Origin: Elusimicrobiales bacterium | Lineage (GTDB): Bacteria; Elusimicrobiota; Elusimicrobia; Elusimicrobiales; UBA9959 | Direction of reading: 5' to 3' | Assembly: GCA_049972095.1 (NCBI GenBank) | Contig: JBMFKQ010000005.1 | Location: 1-17,330 of the forward strand | Length of the DNA stretch: 17,330 bases | In this document: piece by piece, positions 1 through 6,680 of the stretch | Position numbering within the stretch: the first letter of the stretch is position 1 | Layout of the letters: every line of letters starts with the position of its first letter | The notes under the pieces: generated by a model | Told to the model about the DNA's origin: nothing | The model's database searches: none | The model's input: the letters and a program-made list of their open reading frames with translations, nothing else | Made by a program: the position numbers and the translations under genes

Positions 1-96
1 AGGGTATTTGGAGTTAAAAAAGCACTTGTTTATGTGCCTACCATTGTTATTCTTGGCACATTGGTAGGCTGGTTTTTTGGAAACTTTATTTTTTAG
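1..96 (+). CDS. 3' end (partial) of a membrane permease, probably DUF318/ArsP family
   Basis: Frame 1 reads RVFGVKKALVYVPTIVILGTLVGWFFGNFIF-TAG(94-96), a terminal hydrophobic helix resembling DUF318 permease C-termini. It sits 10 nt upstream of an MTH895-type thioredoxin gene, a common pairing. Only 31 aa are visible. Confidence 0.6.
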   Translation, partial: RVFGVKKALVYVPTIVILGTLVGWFFGNFIF

Positions 97-106
97 GGGT
101 GATACT

Positions 107-349
107 ATGAAGATACAAATTGCAGGATCAGGTTGTCCGAAATGTCAAGCAACAGAAAAGAATGTAAAAAGTGCATGCGAACAACTTAGCCTTGCAGCTG
201 ACATCTCACATGTATACGATGTACGAGAATACGCAAAGCTCGGTGTGAGAATAACGCCAGCAGTAATTGTAGGTGGTAAGATTGTAGTGTCAGGGAAAGT
301 TCCTACGGTAGATGAGTTGAAGAAACTATTGTCAGAGATAAAAAAATAA
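107..349 (+). CDS. Small redox-active disulfide protein (thioredoxin fold, MTH895/redox_disulf_2 type), 80 aa
   Basis: MKIQIAGSGCPKC N-terminus, GV-x-x-TPAVIV and G-K-V-P motifs are typical of the family. ATG at 107 follows an AGGGGTGA SD, preferred over TTG at 77. Confidence 0.9.
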   Translation: MKIQIAGSGCPKCQATEKNVKSACEQLSLAADISHVYDVREYAKLGVRITPAVIVGGKIVVSGKVPTVDELKKLLSEIKK

Positions 350-439
350 TTGGACAGCCGAAACACACTCACTTCGTTTGGTGACGCATAACAAAGCATA
401 AAAGGTTGTGCCTTACGGCACTTACTAGAAGTGTATCTT

Positions 440-1105
440 ATGAAAAAGGTAGTATCATTTTTTCTCGTGCTGGGGATTTGTTTAAATCTATTTAGCGTGA
501 TAACTGTCTTTGCTTATGAAGATGGAGATTGGCAATTTTGGAATATAGAAAGTGTTGAAGGGGATCTTTCTGAAAACTGGAAGGTGAAATTAGAGGAGGA
601 ATTTCGTTTTGGTAATAACATGGAAGGACTTTATTACCACCATACGGATGGTGGTCTAACATACAAATTGGCTGATTGGTTTTATCTGTGTTTGAACTAC
701 CAACATATTTACGAGAAGAAAAAAACAGAGTGGAAGCAAGAAAACATACCTCATATTAACGGGACAATCAAATGGAAATAGCGAGATTTTAAGCTGGAGA
801 ACAGAAACAGATTTGAGTATTGCATCCGAAAGGGAGCGGAAAATGTTTGGAGATATAGAAACAATTTGATACTGCTATTTCCTACAAAGTGGACAAGGTT
901 AGATATTCAACCCTATATAAGTGATGAAATATTTGTAGATCTTAATGAAAGTAAACTTAACTGCAATCGTCTCTATGTTGGCTTCAAGACTAAACTGATA
1001 AAACATCTTGAGGCTGATATCTTCTATCTTTGGCAAACAACTAAGAATGATCGAGATTGGACTGACTATAACATAATTGCTACAAAAATAAAAATTAAAT
1101 TCTAA
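440..1105 (+). pseudogene. DUF2490-like outer-membrane beta-barrel protein interrupted by one in-frame TAG (779-781)
   Basis: ORFs 431..781 and 866..1105 share a frame, and 782-865 is open (RDFKLENRNRFEYCIRKGAENVWRYRNN). Signal peptide, alternating beta-strand pattern, R-x-R-x-E-Y and N-R-L-Y-V-G motifs, terminal Phe (KIKIKF). Start taken at ATG 440. Confidence 0.75.
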
Positions 1106-1258
1106 TGCAAAAGAATTATGCTTGTGAGGGCAGATAACACAGTGTTTATGGTTCGCTTGTTTTCCTAAATGTTTACTTATAATCAATGCTTTACAAACAT
1201 TGATGGTATTAAAGTTATTTTTAGAGAATAGTAGTTTAACTCCTCTTTTTTATATTTT

Positions 1259-1267
1259 TGGTATAAT
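1259..1267 (+). promoter_or_regulatory. Extended -10 promoter element (TGgTATAAT) upstream of the SagB-like gene
   Basis: Perfect TGn-TATAAT 55 nt upstream of ATG 1323. No good -35 at 17-nt spacing. Confidence 0.45.
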
Positions 1268-1322
1268 AAAAAGCAAACCAGTTTGTGTATAAATGAGTTT
1301 TAGGTGAAATAAAAATGATGGT

Positions 1323-2033
1323 ATGAAAAAAACACATATCGGAATGATAATTACAGTAGCAATGAGTGTAGGAGTTGGAGGGTTTTTTATGTTAGAGCAA
1401 CTAAATCTATTCGGAGGCAAAACTATGGAATTCACCAATGAAAAAATAAGACTACCTAAGCCAAATTTTAATAGCAACACCTCTGTCGAACAGGCTTTGC
1501 TCAAAAGAAGATCGGTCAGAGTGTATAAATATGAGTCACTGAGGCTTAATGAGCTCTCACAACTCCTCTGGGCTGCGCAAGGAATTACAGATCAAAGAGG
1601 CTTTAGGACAGCCCCCTCTGCAGGAGCACTTTATCCACTTGAGCTTTATGTTGTTGCTGGAAATGTAGATGATCTTCCCGATGGAATTTACAAGTATAAC
1701 CCTCATAAGCATGAATTAGTGATGGTCATAAAAGGAGATAAAAGAGTTGAAGTATGTAAGGCTGCATTCTCTCAGCCCTCGATTAAAAATGCTCCTGCAG
1801 CTATAGTATTTTCCGCAGTTTATGAACGCACAACAAGAAGATACGGAGAAAGGGGTATAAGATATGTGCATATGGAAGTCGGTCATGCCGCTCAAAACAT
1901 TCATCTACAAGCAGTTTCACTAAATCTTGGAGTAGTGATGATCGGGGCTTTTGATGATGAGGAAGTAAAAAAGATAATGAATATGGGTAATAAAGAAAAG
2001 CCTTTATACATAATACCTGTAGGAAGGGTGTAA
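1323..2033 (+). CDS. SagB/ThcOx-family FMN-dependent dehydrogenase (nitroreductase fold) with N-terminal hydrophobic segment
   Basis: Motifs RRSVR, LSQLLWAAQG, RTAPSAGALYPLE, RYGERGIRY, EVGHAAQN, IGAFDD. An alternative in-frame start lies at ATG 1425 (see findings). Confidence 0.9.
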   Translation: MKKTHIGMIITVAMSVGVGGFFMLEQLNLFGGKTMEFTNEKIRLPKPNFNSNTSVEQALLKRRSVRVYKYESLRLNELSQLLWAAQGITDQRGFRTAPSAGALYPLELYVVAGNVDDLPDGIYKYNPHKHELVMVIKGDKRVEVCKAAFSQPSIKNAPAAIVFSAVYERTTRRYGERGIRYVHMEVGHAAQNIHLQAVSLNLGVVMIGAFDDEEVKKIMNMGNKEKPLYIIPVGRV

Positions 2034-2042
2034 TTATTCGCT

Positions 2043-2071
2043 TTGCTTTTACCTCAACAAAATGCTAAAAT
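2043..2071 (+). promoter_or_regulatory. Sigma70-type promoter: TTGCTT-17 nt-TAAAAT with extended TGn
   Basis: TTGCTT at 2043-2048, TG at 2063-2064, TAAAAT at 2066-2071. Upstream of the methyltransferase gene. Confidence 0.55.
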
Positions 2072-2243
2072 TTAGTTAAATCTATGGAATCAAAAAAAGA
2101 TGTATATAGCCAAGAAGTGTGGGCATTCTTTCAAGAGGTGGTTTGAAAAAATTAAGGCTCTTTTACAACAAAAACTTATTAGCTGAGGTTTGAATATTCT
2201 ATGCCTAAAATTACTGAAAGCAGATTAGTGCTTTGGAGTTTTA

Positions 2244-2987
2244 ATGAAAAAATTCTGGGAGTTTAAATCAAAGAAATATCCAAAGCCATTTGACCATAAC
2301 ATTTTAGATGAGACAAAAAGGATAATAAGCATAATAGAAAACTTAGGTGTTGATTTTAAAAATAAGAAAATAATTGATATAGGGTGTGGTACCGGTATAT
2401 ATGGTCTTGTATTGAGTGAGCTTGCTGATGAGGTTTTCTGCCTTGATTTTTCAAAGAATATGATTGATATATTAAAGAATGAGGCTGATAAAAGAGGTAT
2501 TAAAAACTCAAAGTGTATAGTTTGTGATTTTAAAGATTTTGATGCTAAAGAGTATGAAAAACATTTTGATATATCCTTTGCATCAATGACACCAGCCATT
2601 AAGGATGAAAAAGATGTTTATAAGATGGAGCTTCTTTCCAAAAAATGGTGTGTTTATATTGGTTGGGCTGGAAAAAGAGAAAATAAAATTGCAGATGAGC
2701 TTTATTCACTTTTTGGATTAAAGCCGCATCTTCCAACAGGTTTTTTTGATGTTAAAAAAATACTCAAAGATAAAAAAAGGAAGTTTAAAACGCATATATT
2801 TGAGACATCATGGAAGTGGAAAGGGAGCATTGATGAGGCGATGGAAGAGTTTGCGTTAAGAATTGAGCTTGATATAAAGGATGTTGATAGAAATAAAATC
2901 AAGGAGTTTTTGAAATCAAAATTTCCCTCTGGAGATGTTGAATATGAAACACTTGCATCAGAAGGGATAATTGTATGGGAGGTTTGA
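2244..2987 (+). CDS. Class I SAM-dependent methyltransferase, substrate unknown
   Basis: Motif I IIDIGCGTG, LDFS-x-x-M (acidic end of beta2), FD-x-x-FASMTPA. GGAG SD before the ATG. Confidence 0.88.
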   Translation: MKKFWEFKSKKYPKPFDHNILDETKRIISIIENLGVDFKNKKIIDIGCGTGIYGLVLSELADEVFCLDFSKNMIDILKNEADKRGIKNSKCIVCDFKDFDAKEYEKHFDISFASMTPAIKDEKDVYKMELLSKKWCVYIGWAGKRENKIADELYSLFGLKPHLPTGFFDVKKILKDKKRKFKTHIFETSWKWKGSIDEAMEEFALRIELDIKDVDRNKIKEFLKSKFPSGDVEYETLASEGIIVWEV

Positions 2988-3018
2988 AAAGGGAGATTGA
3001 TGATGTTTTAAATTGTAT

Positions 3019-3855
3019 TTATGAGGCGTTTATGTTGAATATACTTTTTCCTTTAATTGACTTTGAGTTAAAAGGGCATACCTCCTGACATATATCACAA
3101 CCAAATATAAAATCAGATGCTGAGATTATAAAATCCGGAGCCTTTCTTGTGGTATGAGTTGTCCAGAAGGATATGCATCTTGAAGGATCAATACCAAGAG
3201 GTGAAAGTGCTTTGGTAGGGCATCTTCTTATACACAGCTCACAACTACCACACATTATTTCTGTTTTTTTAAGAGGTGGTGTTTCGGTTATATCTTTGTT
3301 TAACATAATTCCACTAATAAATACATAACTTCCATAAGATGGGGATACAAGAAGGGTGTTTTTACCTATAAATCCAAGCCCCATAAACTGGGCAAGCTTT
3401 TTTTCATAAACAGGTGATGAATCAACAAAGATTTTGTATTTAATATCAGCCTCTATTTTTTTTATATCAGCAATGATATCCTTTGAGATTTTCCTTATTT
3501 TTTTATGATACTCTTCAACAAGGGCATATCTTGCAATCTTAGGATTTTCTTTATTAAAGGACAGATATCTTGAGTATTTTGATTTTATAAACTCATAGAT
3601 ATTCCCTATTGATTTAAGTTTTTCCTCATAATTCTGTGAGCTATGCCAGTATTGATGGACCATAACAAGAACACTTCTTGCCTCGGGATAAAAAAATCTT
3701 GGATGCTTTCTTGAATCTTTCTTAAGATATGAGAGCTCCTCAGGTATATCTAAGGGCATTTCTATTTCAAACTCTGGGATGGCTTCTATTGAACATACTG
3801 AAAAATCAGTTATTGAGTATCTTGCAAGAATTTTTTTAAGCTCATCATATTTCAT
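3019..3855 (-). CDS. queG: tRNA epoxyqueuosine(34) reductase QueG (cobalamin, 2x[4Fe-4S])
   Basis: IARYA...YH, FVDSSPVYEK, GLGFIGKNTLL..P.YGSYVF, CGSCELCIRRCP, RCISFWT, GCDICQEVCPFN. Confidence 0.88.
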   Translation of the reverse strand: MKYDELKKILARYSITDFSVCSIEAIPEFEIEMPLDIPEELSYLKKDSRKHPRFFYPEARSVLVMVHQYWHSSQNYEEKLKSIGNIYEFIKSKYSRYLSFNKENPKIARYALVEEYHKKIRKISKDIIADIKKIEADIKYKIFVDSSPVYEKKLAQFMGLGFIGKNTLLVSPSYGSYVFISGIMLNKDITETPPLKKTEIMCGSCELCIRRCPTKALSPLGIDPSRCISFWTTHTTRKAPDFIISASDFIFGCDICQEVCPFNSKSIKGKSIFNINAS

Positions 3856-4400
3856 ATCTCTATCTGGAATATTTTTTCTACAAGTTTTTTTTCAAGTGAT
3901 TTGGGATTGTATCTCTTTGATGTTATCTCAAATAGGTTTACTGCTTTTGATTTAAGTTTCATAGGTATTGGATTTGTAAAGTTAACACCTATACCTATTA
4001 TGATATATCTTTTGTTGTTATGAGGAGTTGTCTCTATAAGTATTCCTGAGATCTTTCTGTATCTTTTCCCATCCCATGCATATATATCATTCGGTTTTTT
4101 TATTTTTAATCTTATTCCATATTTTTCATGGAGTAGTTCTAATAGTATTTGAGCTGTTTTGTAAGAAATATATTGAATCTCTGATAACTTTTCTTCATCA
4201 GTTTTTCTTATTATTGAAATGTAGAGCCCTCCCTTTTCGCTTGACCATAAACTACCTTTCTGACCCCTGCCCGCAAACTGCTTTTTTGCTGTTATAACAA
4301 CTCCATCATACTTATCTGCAGTTCCGTTCTTTATAATATCTCTGGCAAGATCCTGTGTTGAGTCTATCTCATCAAGTTTTATTGTTAGAATCTCTCTCAT
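3852..4400 (-). CDS. birA: Biotin--[acetyl-CoA-carboxylase] ligase, catalytic domain only (no HTH, no C-terminal domain)
   Basis: DSTQ, Q-x-AGRGQ-x-G-x-x-W-x-S, GGLYIS, K-x-PND, KISGILIE, IGIGVN. 4-nt overlaps with nadC and queG. Confidence 0.88.
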   Translation of the reverse strand: MREILTIKLDEIDSTQDLARDIIKNGTADKYDGVVITAKKQFAGRGQKGSLWSSEKGGLYISIIRKTDEEKLSEIQYISYKTAQILLELLHEKYGIRLKIKKPNDIYAWDGKRYRKISGILIETTPHNNKRYIIIGIGVNFTNPIPMKLKSKAVNLFEITSKRYNPKSLEKKLVEKIFQIEI

Positions 4401-5239
4401 TTTATCTTCTGTATCTCAAGGGATATATCAAGTGATGTGTATGAGTGGGTAATCAAGCCAATGGATATTCTGTCAGGTTTTAGAGGAAGGTAATCAATTA
4501 TATTTTTTTCATTTATTCCACCTGATATTTCAATTAAAATATCTTTTCTTTCTTCTCTTATCATTTTTATTGCTTTTTTTGCGTCTTTAGGTTTGAAATT
4601 ATCCAACATTATAACATCAACATCAAGGCTTATAAATCTTTTAAGCTGTTTGAGTGATTGTGTCTCAATCTCTATCTCTTTATTTGGGTGAAGTTTTCTT
4701 GCAAGTTTTATTTTTTCTAATATATTTTTCTCTCCCGCAGCTGATATGTGATTGTCTTTTATCATAAATGCATCAAATAGACCAAATCTATGGTTTTTGC
4801 CACCACCACAAGTAACTGCATATCTCTCCATTGCTCTAAGCCCTGGAGTAGTCTTTCTTGTATCATATATCTCAACACCATAAGGCTTTGCAATATCAAC
4901 AAAAAATTTAGTCTTTGTTGCAATGCCGCTGAGCCTTTGAACGATATTCAAGGCTGTTCTTTCCGCAGATAGGATGCTTCTATCTGAGATTATCTCCATA
5001 AGTATCTGAGATTTTTTTATCATGTTAGCATCACTTGTAAATTTTTTTATCTTCGCTAATGGATTTAAAATCTTAAAGCAAAGAGCTGCAAAATCAAGCC
5101 CGCAGATAATACCACCAGAGTTTGAGATCATAACCGCTTTGAACTTGGATTTTTTATCTATAAAGATTTCAGTTGTTATATCTCCAGTTGATATATCCTC
5201 TTTAAGTGCATCTTCAATCATCCTTTCTATTTTTTTCAT
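4397..5239 (-). CDS. nadC: Nicotinate-nucleotide pyrophosphorylase (carboxylating), quinolinate phosphoribosyltransferase
   Basis: ED..GDITT, AERTALN...LSGIAT, DTRKTTPGLR, NHRFGL.D..MIKDNH, IMLDNF, EISGGI. Confidence 0.96.
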   Translation of the reverse strand: MKKIERMIEDALKEDISTGDITTEIFIDKKSKFKAVMISNSGGIICGLDFAALCFKILNPLAKIKKFTSDANMIKKSQILMEIISDRSILSAERTALNIVQRLSGIATKTKFFVDIAKPYGVEIYDTRKTTPGLRAMERYAVTCGGGKNHRFGLFDAFMIKDNHISAAGEKNILEKIKLARKLHPNKEIEIETQSLKQLKRFISLDVDVIMLDNFKPKDAKKAIKMIREERKDILIEISGGINEKNIIDYLPLKPDRISIGLITHSYTSLDISLEIQKIK

Positions 5240-5243
5240 AACT

Positions 5244-5259
5244 AAATTTTATAAAATTT
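5244..5259. promoter_or_regulatory. Perfect 16-bp palindrome AAATTTTATAAAATTT with back-to-back TAAAAT -10 boxes for the divergent nadC and beta-CASP genes
   Basis: Self-complementary. Minus-strand TAAAAT at 5246-5251, plus-strand TAAAAT at 5252-5257, in a 56-nt intergenic gap. Confidence 0.5.
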
Positions 5260-5295
5260 CACTATACTTACAGAGACTAAAAAAGAGGAGTTTCT

Positions 5296-6678
5296 ATGTT
5301 AAAAATAAAATTCTGTGGGGCTAGTGGTGGAAATGTAACAGGATCAAAACACTTAATAACATCGCCAAAAGGGAAGATTCTACTTGATTGCGGACTTTTT
5401 CAAGGCAGAAGATCTGAAAGCAACCTTAAAAACAGAAAATTTTCGTTTGAAGCTATGAGTGTTAATGCTGTTATTGTTTCTCATGCTCACATAGATCACA
5501 CCGGAGCATTGCCATCGTTGATTAAGAATGGTTTTAACTCAGATATATATATAACTCACACCACCGAGGAGCTTTCAAAAATTATGCTTCTCGATTCAGC
5601 AAAACTTCAGAAGGAGGACGCTGATTTTTATAACAAGATAAATAAGGAAAAGGACTACATTGAACCTATTTATGACGATGAGGATGTTAAAAAGACATTT
5701 AACCTTTTTAAAACTATCAAAAGAAATGTGGTGTTTCCAATAGCAGAAGATTTCAAAGTAAAATTTATAAATGCTGGACATGTGCTGGGCTCATCATGCA
5801 TTTTAATATATTATCAAGGGGAAAGCATTCTCTACAGCGGAGATATCGGTAGAAGAAAGCAGCTTATACTCAAGGCTTTTGAGTTTGATGAAACGGTTGA
5901 TTGGCTTATAATTGAAACGACCTATGGTAATAGAAAACATCCTGATATATCAGATGTTTTAAATCTTTTCAAGGATATAATTAGAAAGGCTATTGAAAGA
6001 AGGTCAAAAATAATAATTCCCTCATTTTCTCTTGAAAGGACTCAGGAGATTATAAACATATTTGATAGGATAAGACATGATGAAGATATAGCTGCTATTC
6101 CTGTTTATGTTGATAGCCCTATGAGTGTTAAAATAACAGATATCTTTAACAAATATATTAATGAGGAGGATTACTCCGATGAGTTTAAGAGATATGCTGA
6201 AGCTGATAAAGATCCCTTCGGATATGATTATATATCCTATCTTTCATCAAAACAACAATCACAAAAACTAAATTCAGCCAAAGGTCCTATGATTATTATA
6301 TCAGCATCCGGGATGTGTGAGGGAGGTAGGATACTTCATCATATAAGAAACTCAATAGACAATCCCGATAATATACTTCTTCTTGTTGGCTATCAAGCAG
6401 AAAACACCCTTGGTAGAAGACTTAAAGATGGTGCAAAAAAGGTAAAGATTTTTGGGCTTGAGCATGAGGTTAATTTTGAGGTTCATTCACTGGATTTTTT
6501 CTCATCCCATGCAGATATGGATGATCTGCTTTATTATGTTAAGAAGATAAATCCAAAGAAGGGGATATTTCTTGTTCACGGTGAGAATGAATCCAGAGAG
6601 TGTTTTAAAAAACTTCTTATTGAAAATGGTTTTAAGAATATCTTTTTGCCAGAGTTTGATGAAGAATTTGAGATCTAA
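5296..6678 (+). CDS. Metallo-beta-lactamase fold, beta-CASP ribonuclease (TTHA0252/YSH1-like)
   Basis: DCG, SHAHIDH, AGHVLGS, SGDIG, ETTYG, ERTQE, VDSPM, ASGMCEGGRILHH, FSSHAD, LVHGE. GAGGAG SD. Confidence 0.93.
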   Translation: MLKIKFCGASGGNVTGSKHLITSPKGKILLDCGLFQGRRSESNLKNRKFSFEAMSVNAVIVSHAHIDHTGALPSLIKNGFNSDIYITHTTEELSKIMLLDSAKLQKEDADFYNKINKEKDYIEPIYDDEDVKKTFNLFKTIKRNVVFPIAEDFKVKFINAGHVLGSSCILIYYQGESILYSGDIGRRKQLILKAFEFDETVDWLIIETTYGNRKHPDISDVLNLFKDIIRKAIERRSKIIIPSFSLERTQEIINIFDRIRHDEDIAAIPVYVDSPMSVKITDIFNKYINEEDYSDEFKRYAEADKDPFGYDYISYLSSKQQSQKLNSAKGPMIIISASGMCEGGRILHHIRNSIDNPDNILLLVGYQAENTLGRRLKDGAKKVKIFGLEHEVNFEVHSLDFFSSHADMDDLLYYVKKINPKKGIFLVHGENESRECFKKLLIENGFKNIFLPEFDEEFEI

Positions 6679-6680
6679 GA

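Noticed and set aside
779..781. Genome-wide TAG reassignment or pyrrolysine recoding
   Set aside because: TAG ends the permease, uvrB, pssA and psd at their expected C-termini, no other gene has an internal TAG, and no pyl genes or suppressor tRNA are in the window.
1323..2033. Thiazole/oxazole RiPP cluster suggested by the SagB-like gene
   Set aside because: No YcaO cyclodehydratase, precursor peptide or transporter nearby. Stand-alone SagB-like nitroreductases are common.
3019..3855. QueG variants (EYH for DYH, EK for ER, a short insertion before IARYA) as a sign of new function
   Set aside because: The substitutions are conservative, all eight cluster cysteines are present, and such variation is within what I would expect for the family.
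5296..6678. MBL nuclease as part of an anti-phage defence system
   Set aside because: It has the full housekeeping beta-CASP RNase motif set, host-like codons and core-gene neighbours, with no defence partners.
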